From Magallana gigas (lineage: Eukaryota): a DNA stretch of 64,000 nucleotides. The notes below the pieces were generated by a model. The model was given only the letters and a program-made list of their open reading frames with translations, searched no databases and was not told where the DNA came from. A program made the position numbers and the translations under genes. Where the stretch lies: positions 16,182,001 through 16,246,000 of the forward strand of contig NC_088858.1 in assembly GCF_963853765.1 (NCBI RefSeq), in the 5' to 3' direction. How positions within the stretch are numbered: the first letter of the stretch is position 1; each line of letters starts with the position of its first letter. Positions 15,001 to 28,979 of the stretch are shown here, one piece after another.

Positions 15001-16832
15001 ATGAAAATTTACCGTCTTAGCGGCCTCTAAAGTATGAAAACTCCCAGTATTAGCGCCGGTTTTTGACTGAGCGTTTATTGTTAAGAAACCAGTTGATAAT
15101 TTTAATTAACTATTTTAATGTAAGGGTTTCCAACTGATCAAGTTTTGAATTGATATTTAATATACGGACACTAGTAGATCTGTAACAAGCTCTTTGAATG
15201 AACAAATAAGTTATGTGAATCTGTACATGTACTCAACGCCTGTTACGCAATATCCAATTTCAAGGTTACTCATATACTTGAATCAAATGAAGTCCCATGG
15301 GAATTTTACATTTTTTTCACACATTTATCAAACTCTGACTCTGACGATTCGGAATTTATTTTTATTTCCAGGAATCGGATGATATATACGTTATATAATT
15401 GCATGGATATTAACATTTTAGGCAGAAATCATTTCATCTGTAGTACAGTTAAAAGAATTATTAAAAATGTCAACAGCCTATTACTATTATTATTGGGCAT
15501 TTTAAAGTATGACAATTTACCGTCTTAGCGGCGTCTATAGTATGAAAAGTCCCAGTATTAGCGCCGATGGTCGGGCCAACGTTTATTGTTAAAAGCCAGT
15601 TGATGATTCAAATAGATTAACTTTTTTAATGTAAGAGTTTCCAAATGATCAAGTTTCGAATTGATAGGTAATGTCCGCACACTAATATTACCGTAAACAT
15701 CTCTATTATTAAACAAACATATTATGCGAATACGTACATATACAAGGCGGATATTCCGACATCGGATATTTCCTGGCTACTCCGCTACACATTCTGGAAT
15801 GTTTTCTCTTTAGACGCGGTTAGGACGGACAGGTTTCACGATTGCGAACAAGACAACAAACAACATGACAATCGGCGAAATAGACATGGATGTTGCATGT
15901 AGATTTCAACAAATTGACACTTATTCTTGATGAAAATTGTGTAAGCAATTTGGTGTGTCATGGCATCGTGACGTGTTTGTTGTGACTAAAAATCTAGTAT
16001 TTGCCTTGTACATGTTTGAACATTCAGAATTCCATAAACATGGTCAGTAAAGGGTTAGGATGTATACAGTCGTTCAGGGAACAAACAAGTATTTAATGCA
16101 AAAAACATCACACTACAAATGAACCTATTTCAATATTTATTCAGTATAAAGAATTATAGAAAAAGAATCGGCGACCTAATACAATTATTATAATGCATTT
16201 TAAAAGATGAACAATTATCGTCTTAACGGCGTCTAAAGTATGTAAGATACCCGTATAGGCTCCAGATCTTTGGTTTAACGTTTATTCGAATAAACACAGT
16301 TAACTCTATTTTTTGTAATAGTTTCCAAAGGGTCAATTTTGGAACTGATGTGTTATGTCCGGACACTGATTACACTGTAACAAGCTCTTTAGTTTAACAG
16401 AATAGCCAAGTAGTAACGTACACGATCACGGCGCCCATTCCGATATTACAAGATTCATTTTTCCTGATACTCAAAGCAAATCCCTTTTTTATGGAGTTTT
16501 GTATTTTGGTAATCACCTTTATCAGTTTTGTCCTTTGAATGAATATACTCCACACGATAATGTCATAAGTTTTGCATAAACACCAACGACTTGGGATACT
16601 TGTTTCCAGGAATCAGATCATGTATGTGTGACATAATCGCATGCGAAGACAATATTTGGGCAGTTAATGTTCTATTTTGAATACAGTATTAAGAATCATA
16701 AAAAATGTCGACAGCCTAGTATAGTTATTATTGGCCATTTTAAAGTATGAAAATTTACCGTCTTAGCGGCCTCTAAAGTATGAAAACTAGCAGTATTAGC
16801 GCCGGTTTTTGGCTGAGCGTTTATTGTTAAGA
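1..16832. repeat. Sub-array I: alternating 1351-bp (A + B/C fusion) and 1745-bp (A+B+C) units, forming a 3096-bp HOR with a 10639-bp super-repeat
   Basis: Marker intervals are 1351,1745,1351,1745,1351,1745,1351,1351,1745,1351,1746. Diagnostic variants (e.g. MNEQIS at 4555 and 15194) recur 10639 bp apart, which equals 3x3096+1351. Confidence 0.93.
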
Positions 16833-19800
16833 AACCAGTTGATAATTTTAATTAACTATTTTTATGTAAGGGTTTCCAAGTGATCAAGTTTTGAATTGAT
16901 ATGTAATATACGGACACTAGTAGATCTGTAACAAGCTCTTTGAATGAAGAAATGAGTTATGTGAATCTGTACATGTACTCAACGCCTGTTACGCAATCGC
17001 CAATTTCAGGGTTACTCATATACTTGAATCAAATGAAGTCCCATGGGAATTTTACATATTTTTCACAAATATATCAAACTCTGACTCTGACGATTCGGAA
17101 TTTATTTTTATTTCCAGGAATCGGATGATATATGCGTTACATAATCGCATGGATATTAACATTTTAGGCAGATTACATTTCATCTGTAGTACAGTTAAAA
17201 GAATTATTAAAAATGTCAACAGCCTATTACTATTGTTATTGGGCATTTTAAAGTATGACAATTTACCGTCTTAGCGGCGTCTATAGTATGAAAAGTCCCA
17301 GTATTAGCGCCGATGTTCGGTCCAACGTTTATTGTTAAAAGCCAGTTGATGATTCAAATAGATTAACTTTTTTAATGTAAGAGTTTCCAAATGATCAAGT
17401 TTCGAATTGACAGGTAATGTCCGCATACTAATATTACCGTAAACATCTCTATTATTAAAAAAACATATTATGCGAATACGTACATATACAAGGTGGCTAT
17501 TCCAACATCGGATATTTCCTGGCTTCTCCGCTGTTAATTCTGGAATGTTTTCTCTTTAGACGCGGTTAGGACGGACAAGTTTCATGATGGCGAACAGACA
17601 ACAAACAACATGACAATCGGCGATATAAACATGGATGTTGCATGTAGATTTCAGCAAACTGACACTTATTCTTGATGAAAATTGTGTAAGCAATTTGGTG
17701 TGTCATGGCATCGTGACGTGTTTGTTGTGACTAAAAATCTAGCATTTGCCTTGTACATGTTTGAACATTCAGAATTCCATAAACATGGTCAATAAAGGGT
17801 TGGGATTCATTTTTAATGATACTCAAAGCAAATCTATTCTTATTGGAGTTTTGTATTTTGGTAATCACCTTTATCAGTTTTGTCCTTTGAGTGAATTTAC
17901 TCCACACGATAATGTCATAAGTTTTGCATAAACACCAACGACGTGGGATACTTGTTTCCAGGAATCAGATCATGTATGTGTGACATAATCGCATGCGAAG
18001 ACAATATTTGGGCAGTTTATGTTCTATTTTGATTACAGTATTAAGAATTATAAAAATGTCGACAACCTAGTATAATTATTATTGGCCATTTTAAAGTATG
18101 AAAATTTACCGTCTTAGTGGCCTCTAAAGTATGAAAACTCCCAGTATTAGCGCCGGTTTTTGGCTGAGCGTTTATTGTTAAGAAACCAGTTGATAATTTT
18201 AATTTACGATTTTAATGTAAGGGTTTCCAAGTGATCAAGTTTCGAATTGATATTTAATATACGGACACTAGTAGATCTGTAACAAGCTCTTTGAATGAAG
18301 AAATGAGTTATGTGAATCTGTACATGTACTCAACGCCTGTTACGCAATCGCCAATTTCAAGGTTACTCATATACTTGAATCAAATGAAGTCCCATGGGAA
18401 TTTTACATTTTTTTCACACATTTATCAAACTCTGACTCTGACGATTCGGAATTTATTTTTATTTCCAGGAATCGGATGATATATGCGTTACATAATCGCA
18501 TGGATATTAACATTTTAGGCAGATTACATTTCATCTGTAGTACAGCTAAAAGAATTATTAAAAATGTCAACAGCCTATTACTATTATTATTTACTGATAT
18601 GTAGTACAGTTAAAAGAATTATTAAAAATGTCAACAGCCTATTACTATTATTATTGGGCATTTTAAAGTATGAAAATTTACCGTCTTAGCGGCGTCTATA
18701 GTATGAAAAGTCCCAGTATTAGCGCCGATGGTCGGTCCAACGTTTATTGTTAAAAGCCAGTTGATGATTCAAATAGATTAACTTTTTTAATGTAAGAGTT
18801 TCCAAATGATCAAGTTTCGAATTGATAGGTAATGTCCGCATACTAATATTACCGTAAACATCTCTATTATTAAACAAACATATTATGCGAATACGTACAT
18901 ATACAAGGCGGCTATTCCGACATCGGATATTTCCAGGCTACTCCGGTGCTAATTCTTGAATGTTTTCTTTTTAGACGCCGCTAGGACGGACAAGTTTCAT
19001 GATGGCGAACAGACAACAAACAACATGACAATCGGCGAAATAAACATGGATATTGCATGTAGCTTTCAGCAAATTGACACTTATTCTTGATGAAAATTGT
19101 GTAAGCAATTTGGTGTGTCATGGCATCGTGACATGTTTGTTGTGACTAAAAATCTAGTATTTGCCTTGTACATGTTTGAACATTCAGAATTCCATAAACA
19201 TGGTCAATAGAGGGTTGGGATTCATTTTTAATGATACTCAAAGCAAATCTATTCTTATTGGAGTTTTGTATTTTGGTAATCACCTTTATCAGTTTTGTCC
19301 TTTGAGTGAATATACTCCACAAGATAATGTCATAAGTTTTGCATAAACACCAACGACTTGGGATACTTGTTTCCAGGAATCAGATCATGTATGTGTGACA
19401 TAATCGCATGCGAAGACAATATTTGGGCAGTTAATGTTCTATTTTGAATACAGTATTAAGAATCATAAAAAATGTCGACAGCCTAGTATAGTTATTATTG
19501 GCCATTTTAAAGTATGAAAATTTACCGTCTTAGCGGCCTCTAAAGTATGAAAACTAGCAGTATTAGCGCCGGTTTTTGGCTGAGCGTTTATTGTTAAGAA
19601 ACCAGTTGATAATTTTAATTAACTATTTTTATGTAAGGGTTTCCAAGTGATCAAGTTTTGAATTGATATGTAATATACGGACACTAGTAGATCTGTAACA
19701 AGCTCTTTGAATGAAGAAATGAGTTATGTGAATCTGTACATGTACTCAACGCCTGTTACGCAATCGCCAATTTCAAGGTTACTCATATACTTGAATCAAA

Positions 19801-22362
19801 TGAAGTCCCATGGGAATTTTACATATTTTTCACAAATATATCAAACTCTGACTCTGACGATTCGGAATTTATTTTTATTTCCAGGAATCGGATGATATAT
19901 GCGTTACATAATCGCATGGATATTAACATTTTAGGCAGATTACATTTCATCTGTAGTACAGTTAAAAGAATTATTAAAAATGTCAACAGCCTATTACTAT
20001 TGTTATTGGGCATTTTAAAGTATGACAATTTACCGTCTTAGCGGCGTCTATAGTATGAAAAGTCCCAGTATTAGCGCCGATGTTCGGTCCAACGTTTATT
20101 GTTAAAAGCCAGTTGATGATTCAAATAGATTAACTTTTTTAATGTAAGAGTTTCCAAATGATCAAGTTTCGAATTGACAGGTAATGTCCGCATACTAATA
20201 TTACCGTAAACATCTCTATTATTAAAAAAACATATTATGCGAATACGTACATATACAAGGTGGCTATTCCAACATCGGATATTTCCTGGCTTCTCCGCTG
20301 TTAATTCTGGAATGTTTTCTCTTTAGACGCGGTTAGGACGGACAAGTTTCATGATGGCGAACAGACAACAAACAACATGACAATCGGCGATATAAACATG
20401 GATGTTGCATGTAGATTTCAGCAAACTGACACTTATTCTTGATGAAAATTGTGTAAGCAATTTGGTGTGTCATGGCATCGTGACGTGTTTGTTGTGACTA
20501 AAAATCTAGCATTTGCCTTGTACATGTTTGAACATTCAGAATTCCATAAACATGGTCAATAAAGGGTTGGGATTCATTTTTAATGATACTCAAAGCAAAT
20601 CTATTCTTATTGGAGTTTTGTATTTTGGTAATCACCTTTATCAGTTTTGTCCTTTGAGTGAATTTACTCCACACGATAATGTCATAAGTTTTGCATAAAC
20701 ACCAACGACGTGGGATACTTGTTTCCAGGAATCAGATCATGTATGTGTGACATAATCGCATGCGAAGACAATATTTGGGCAGTTTATGTTCTATTTTGAT
20801 TACAGTATTAAGAATTATAAAAATGTCGACAACCTAGTATAATTATTATTGGCCATTTTAAAGTATGAAAATTTACCGTCTTAGTGGCCTCTAAAGTATG
20901 AAAACTCCCAGTATTAGCGCCGGTTTTTGGCTGAGCGTTTATTGTTAAGAAACCAGTTGATAATTTTAATTTACGATTTTAATGTAAGGGTTTCCAAGTG
21001 ATCAAGTTTCGAATTGATATTTAATATACGGACACTAGTAGATCTGTAACAAGCTCTTTGAATGAAGAAATGAGTTATGTGAATCTGTACATGTACTCAA
21101 CGCCTGTTACGCAATCGCCAATTTCAAGGTTACTCATATACTTGAATCAAATGAAGTCCCATGGGAATTTTACATTTTTTTCACACATTTATCAAACTCT
21201 GACTCTGACGATTCGGAATTTATTTTTATTTCCAGGAATCGGATGATATATGCGTTACATAATCGCATGGATATTAACATTTTAGGCAGATTACATTTCA
21301 TCTGTAGTACAGCTAAAAGAATTATTAAAAATGTCAACAGCCTATTACTATTATTATTTACTGATATGTAGTACAGTTAAAAGAATTATTAAAAATGTCA
21401 ACAGCCTATTACTATTATTATTGGGCATTTTAAAGTATGAAAATTTACCGTCTTAGCGGCGTCTATAGTATGAAAAGTCCCAGTATTAGCGCCGATGGTC
21501 GGTCCAACGTTTATTGTTAAAAGCCAGTTGATTCAAATAGATTAACTTTTTTAATGTAAGAGTTTCCAAATGATCAAGTTTCGAATTGATAGGTAATGTC
21601 CGCATACTAATATTACCGTAAACATCTCTATTATTAAACAAACATATTATGCGAATACGTACATATACAAGGCGGCTATTCCGACATCGGATATTTCCAG
21701 GCTACTCCGGTGCTAATTCTTGAATGTTTTCTTTTTAGACGCCGCTAGGACGGACAAGTTTCATGATGGCGAACAGACAACAAACAACATGACAATCGGC
21801 GAAATAAACATGGATATTGCATGTAGCTTTCAGCAAATTGACACTTATTCTTGATGAAAATTGTGTAAGCAATTTGGTGTGTCATGGCATCGTGACATGT
21901 TTGTTGTGACTAAAAATCTAGTATTTGCCTTGTACATGTTTGAACATTCAGAATTCCATAAACATGGTCAATAGAGGGTTGGGATTCATTTTTAATGATA
22001 CTCAAAGCAAATCTATTCTTATTGGAGTTTTGTATTTTGGTAATCACCTTTATCAGTTTTGTCCTTTGAGTGAATATACTCCACAAGATAATGTCATAAG
22101 TTTTGCATAAACACCAACGACGTGGGATACTTGTTTCCAGGAATCAGATCATGTATGTGTGACATAATCGCATGCGAAGACAATATTTGGGCAGTTTATG
22201 TTCTATTTTGAATACAGTATTAAGAATCATAAAGATGTCGACAAACTAGTATAATTACTATTGGCAATTTTAAAGTATGAAAATTTACCGTCTTAGTGGC
22301 CTCTAAAGTATGAAAACTCCCAGTATTAGCGCCGGTATTTGACTGAGCGTTTATTGTTAAGA
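16833..22362. repeat. Sub-array II: 2767-bp HOR (1351 + 1416), two copies
   Basis: Markers at 16940, 18291, 19707, 21058, 22470. The 1416-bp unit carries a 64-bp internal duplication (TGTAGTACAG at 18536 and 18600). Confidence 0.9.
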
Positions 22363-25300
22363 AACCAGTTGATAATTTTAATTAACGATTTTAATGTAAG
22401 GGTTTCCAAGTGATCAAGTTTTGAATTGATATGTAATATACGGACACTAGTAGATCTGTAACAAGCTCTTTGAATGAAGAAATGAGTTATGTGAATATGT
22501 ACATGTACTCAACGCCTGTTACGCAATCGCCAATTTCAGGGTTACTCATATACTTGAATCAAATGAAGTCCCATGGGAATTTTACATATTTTTCACACAT
22601 TTATCAAACTCTGACTCTGACAATTCGGAATTTATTTTTATTTCCAGGAATCGGATGATATATGCGTTACATAATCGCATGGATATTAACATTTTAGGCA
22701 GATTACATTTCATCTGTAGTACAGTTGAAAGAATTATTAAAAATGTCAACAGCCTATTACTATTATTATTGGGCATTTTAAAGTATGAAAATTTACCGTC
22801 TTAGCGGCGTCTATAGTATGAAAAGTCCCGGTATTAGCGCCGATGTTCGGTCCAACGTTTATTGTTAAAAGCCAGTTGATGATTCAAATAGATTAACTTT
22901 TTTAATGTAAGAGTTTCCAAATGATCAAGTTTCGAATTGACAGGTAATGTCCGCATACTAATATTACCGTAAACATCTCTATTATTAAACAAACATATTA
23001 TGCGAATACGTACGTATACAAGGCGGCTATTCCGACATCAGATATTTCCTGGCTACTCCGCTAGAAATTCTTGAATGTTTTCTCTTTAGACGCGGTTAGG
23101 ACGGACAGGTTTCACGATTTCGAACAGACAACAAACAACATGACAATCGGCGATATAAACATGGATGTTGCATGTAGATTTCAGCAAATTGACACTTACT
23201 CTTGATGAAAATTGTGTAAGCAATTTGGTGTGTCATGGCATCGTGACGTGTTTGTTGTGACTAAAAATCTAGTATTTGCCTTGTACATGTTTGAACATTC
23301 AGAATTCCATAAACATGGTCAATAGAGGGTTAGGATGTATACAGTCGTTCAGGGAACAAACAAATATTTAATGCCAAAAAACATGACAATACAAATGAAC
23401 TTTTTTCAATATTAATTCAGTATTAAGAATTATAGAAAATGAATCGGCGACCTAATACATGGTTTAACGTTTATTCGAATAAACACAGTTAACTATTGTT
23501 TGTAATAGTTTGTAAAGGGTCAATTTTGGAACTGATGTGTAATGTCCGGACACTGATTACACTGTAACAAGCTCTGTAGTTTAACAGAATAGCCAGGTAA
23601 ATACGTACATGATCACGGCGCCCATTCTGATATTACAAGATTCATTTTTACTGATACTCAAAGCAAATCTATTCTTATTGGAGTTTTGTATTTTGGTTAT
23701 CACCTTTATCAGTTTTGTCCTTTGAATAAATATACTCCACACGATAATGTCAAGCTTTGCATAAACACCAACGACTTGGGATACTTGTTTTCAGGAATCA
23801 GATCATGAATGCGTGAGATAACAGCATACGAAGACAATATTTGGACAGTTTATGTTCTATTTTGAATACAGTATTAAGAATTATAAAAATGTCGACAGCC
23901 TAGTATAATTATTATTGGCCATTTTAAAGTATGAAAATTTACCGTCTTAGCAGCCTCTAAAGTATGAAAAGTCCCAGTATTAGCGCCGGTTTTTGGCTGA
24001 GCGTTTATTGTTAAGAAACCAGTTGATAATTTTAATTAACGATTTAATTTAAGGGTTTCCAAGTGATCAAGTTTCGAATTGATATTTAATATACGGACAC
24101 TAGTAGATCTGTAACAAGCTCTTTGAATGAACAAATCTGTACATGTACTCAACGCCTGTTATGCAATCGCCAATTTCAGGGTTACTCATATACTTGAATC
24201 AAATAAAGTCCCATGGGAATTTTACATTTTTTTCACACATTTATCTAACACATCCCTTATTGAAAGACTTATATCAATACAATAGATATCCTAAGTTCTG
24301 CCTACACTCTGACTCTGACGACTCGGAGTTTATTTTTATATTCAGGAATCGGATCATATAATCGTTACATAATCGCATGGATATTAACATTTTAGGCAGA
24401 TTACATTTCATCTGTAGTACAGTTAAAAGAATTATTAAAAATGTCAACAGCCTATTACTATTATTAAAGGGCATTTTAAAGTATAACAATTTACCGTCTT
24501 AGTGGCCTCTAAAGTATAAAAACTCCCAGTATTGGCGACAGTTTTTGGCTGAGCGTTTATTGTTAAGAAACCAGTTGATAATTTTAATTAACGATTTTTA
24601 TGTAAGGGTTTCCAAGTGATCAAGTTTTGAATTGATATGTAATATACGGACACTAGTAGATCTGTAACAAGCTCTTTGAATGAACAAATGAGTTATGTGA
24701 ATCTGTACATGTACTCAACGCCTGTTACGCAATCGCCAATTTCAAGGTTACTCATATACTTAAATCAAATGAAGTCCCATGGGAATTTTACATTTTTTTC
24801 ACACATTTATCAAACTCTGACTCTGACGATTCGGAATTTATTTTTATATCCAGGAATCGGATGATATATGCGTTACATAATCGCATGGATATTAACATTT
24901 TAGGCAGATTACATTTCATCTGTAGTACAGTTAAAAGAATTATTAAAAATGTCAACAACCTATTACTATTATTATTGGGCATTTTAAAGTATGAAAATTT
25001 ACCGTCTTAGCGGCGTCTATAGTATGAAAAGTCCCAGTATTAGCGCCGATGTTCGGTCCAACGTTTATTGTTAAAAGCCAGTTGATGATTCAAATAGATT
25101 AACTTTTTTAATGTAAGAGTTTCCAAATGATCAAGTTTCGAATTGACAGGTAATGTCCGCATACTAATATTACCGTAAACATCTCTATTATTAAACAAAC
25201 ATATTATGCGAATACGTACATATACAAGGCGGCTATTCAGACATCGGATATTTCCTGGCTACTCCGCTAGAAATTCTTGAATGTTTTCTCTTTAGACGCG

Positions 25301-28300
25301 GTTAGGACGGACAGGTTTCACGATTTCGAACAGACAACAAACAACATGACAATCGGCGATATAAACATGGATGTTGCATGTAGATTTCAGCAAATTGACA
25401 CTTACTCTTGATGAAAATTGTGTAAGCAATTTGGTGTGTCATGGCATCGTGACGTGTTTGTTGTGACTAAAAATCTAGTATTTGCCTTGTACATGTTTGA
25501 ACATTCAGAATTCCATAAACATGGTCAATAGAGGGTTAGGATGTATACAGTCGTTCAGGGAACAAACACATATTTAATGCAAAAAAACATGACACTACAA
25601 ATGAACCTATTTCAATATTAATTCAGTATTAAGAATTATAGAAAATGAATCGGCGACCTAATACATGGTTTAACGTTTATTTGAATAAACACAGTTAACT
25701 CTAGTTTGTAATAGTTTGTAAAGGGTCAATTTTGGAACTGATGTGTAATGTCCGGACACTGATTACACTGTAACAAGCTCTTTAGTTTAACAGAATAGCC
25801 AGGTAAATACCTACATGATCACGGCGCCCATTCTGATATTGCAAGATTCATTTTTACTGATACTCAAAGCAAATCTATTCTTATTGGAGTTTTGTATTTT
25901 GGTTATCACCTTTATCAGTTTTGTCCTTTGAATGAATATACTCCACACGATAATGTCAAGCTTTGCATAAACACCAACGACTTGGGATACTTGTTTTCAG
26001 GAATCAGATCATGAATGCGTGAGATAATCGCATACGAAGACAATATTTGGACAGTTTATGTTCTATTTTGAATACAGTATTAAGAATTATAAAAATGTAG
26101 ACAGCCTAGTATAATTATTATTGGCCATTTTAAAGTATGAAAATTTACCGTCTTAGCAGCCTCTAAAGTATGAAAACTCCCAGTATTAGCGCCGGTTTTT
26201 GGCTGAGCGTTTATTGTTAAGAAACCAGTTGATAATTTTAATTAACGATTTAATGTAAGGGTTTCCAAGTGATCAAGTTTCGAATTGATATTTAATATAC
26301 GGACACTAGTAGATCTGTAACAAGCTCTTTGAATGAACAAATCTGTACATGTACTCAACGCCTGTTATGCAATCGCCAATTTCAGGGTTACTCATATACT
26401 TGAATCAAATAAAGTCCCATGGGAATTTTACATTTTTTTCACACATTTATCTAACACATCCCTTATTGAAAGACTTATATCAATACAATAGATATCCTAA
26501 GTTCTGCCTACACTCTGACTCTGACGACTCGGAGTTTATTTTTATATTCAGGAATCGGATCATATAATCGTTACATAATCGCATGGATATTAACATTTTA
26601 GGCAGATTACATTTCATCTGTAGTACAGTTAAAAGAATTATTAAAAATGTCAACAGCCTATTACTATTATTAAAGGCCATTTTAAAGTATGAAAATTTAC
26701 CGTCTTAGCGGCCTCTAAAGTATGAAAACTAGCAGTATTAGCGCCGGTTTTTGGCTGAGCGTTTATTGTTAAGAAACCAGTTGATAATTTTAATTAACTA
26801 TTTTTATGTAAGGGTTTCCAAGTGATCAAGTTTTGAATTGATATGTAATATACGGACACTAGTAGATCTGTAACAAGCTCTTTGAATGAACAAATGAGTT
26901 ATGTGAATCTGTACATGTACTCAACGTCTGTTACGCAATCGCCAATTTCAAGGTTACTCATATACTTAAATCAAATGAAGTCCCATGGGAATTTTACATT
27001 TTTTTCACACATTTATCAAACTCTGACTCTGACGATTCGGAATTTATTTTTATATCCAGGAATCGGATGATATATGCGTTACATAATCGCATGGATATTA
27101 ACATTTTAGGCAGATTACATTTCATCTGTAGTACAGTTAAAAGAATTATTAAAAATGTCAACAGCCTATTACTATTATTATTGGGCATTTTAAAGTATGA
27201 AAATTTACCGTCTTAGCGGCGTCTATAGTATGAAAAGTCCCAGTATTAGCGCCGATGTTCGGTCCAACGTTTATTGTTAAAAGCCAGTTGATGATTCAAA
27301 TAGATTAACTTTTTTAATGTAAGAGTTTCCAAATGATCAAGTTTCGAATTGACAGGTAATGTCCGCATACTAATATTACCGTAAACATCTCTATTATTAA
27401 ACAAACATATTATGCGAATACGTACATATACAAGGCGGCTATTCAGACATCGGATATTTCCTGGCTACTCCGCTAGAAATTTTTGAATGTTTTCTCTTTA
27501 GACGCGGTTAGGACGGACAGGTTTCACGATTTCGAACAGACAACAAACAACATGACAATCGGCGATATAAACATGGATGTTGCATGTAGATTTCAGCAAA
27601 TTGACACTTACTCTTGATGAAAATTGTGTAAGCAATTTGGTGTGTCATGGCATCGTGACGTGTTTGTTGTGACTAAAAATCTAGTATTTGCCTTGTACAT
27701 GTTTGAACATTCAGAATTCCATAAACATGGTCAATAGAGGGTTAGGATGTATACAGTCGTTCAGGGAACAAACACATATTTAATGCAAAAAAACATGACA
27801 CTACAAATGAACCTATTTCAATATTAATTCAGTATTAAGAATTATAGAAAATGAATCGGCGACCTAATACATGGTTTAACGTTTATTTGAATAAACACAG
27901 TTAACTCTAGTTTGTAATAGTTTGTAAAGGGTCAATTTTGGAACTGATGTGTAATGTCCGGACACTGATTACACTGTAACAAGCTCTTTAGTTTAACAGA
28001 ATAGCCAGGTAAATACCTACATGATCACGGCGCCCATTCTGATATTGCAAGATTCATTTTTACTGATACTCAAAGCAAATCTATTCTTATTGGAGTTTTG
28101 TATTTTGGTTATCACCTTTATCAGTTTTGTCCTTTGAATGAATATACTCCACACGATAATGTCAAGCTTTGCATAAACACCAACGACTTGGGATACTTGT
28201 TTTCAGGAATCAGATCATGAATGCGTGAGATAATCGCATACGAAGACAATATTTGGACAGTTTATGTTCTATTTTGAATACAGTATTAAGAATTATAAAA

Positions 28301-28979
28301 ATGTAGACAGCCTAGTATAATTATTATTGGCCATTTTAAAGTATGAAAATTTACCGTCTTAGCAGCCTCTAAAGTATGAAAACTCCCAGTATTAGCGCCG
28401 GTTTTTGGCTGAGCGTTTATTGTTAAGAAACCAGTTGATAATTTTAATTAATGATTTAATGTAAGGGTTTCCAAGTGATCAAGTTTCGAATTGATATTTA
28501 ATACACGGACACTAGTAGATCTGTAACAAGCTCTTTGAATGAACAAATCTGTACATGTACTCAACGCCTGTTACGCAATCGCCAATTTCAGGGTTACTCA
28601 TATACTTGAATCAAATGAAGTCCCATGGGAATTTTACATTTTTTTCACACATTTATCAAGCACATCCCTTATTGAAAGACTTATATCAATACAATAGATA
28701 TCCTAAGTTCTGCATACACTCTGACTCTGACGACTCGGAGTTTATTTTTATATTCAGGAATCGGATCATATAATCGTTACATAATCGCATGGATATTAAC
28801 ATTTTAGGCAGATTACATTTCATCTGTAGTACAGTTAAAAGAATTATTAAAAAGTCAACAGCCTATTACTATTATTATTGGGGATTTTAAAGTATGAAAA
28901 TTTACCGTCTTAGCGGCCTCTAAAGTATGAAAACTCCCAGTATTAGCGCCGGTTTTTGGCTGAGCGTTTATTGTTAAGA
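22363..28979. repeat. Sub-array III: 2206-bp HOR (A, B, shortened C, variant A'), three copies
   Basis: Markers at 22470, 24676, 26882, 29087 (intervals 2206, 2206, 2205). An ~87-bp deletion lies at the B/C junction (CTAATAC^ATGGTTTAAC), and an extra A' monomer carries a 60-nt segment absent from ordinary A. Confidence 0.9.
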
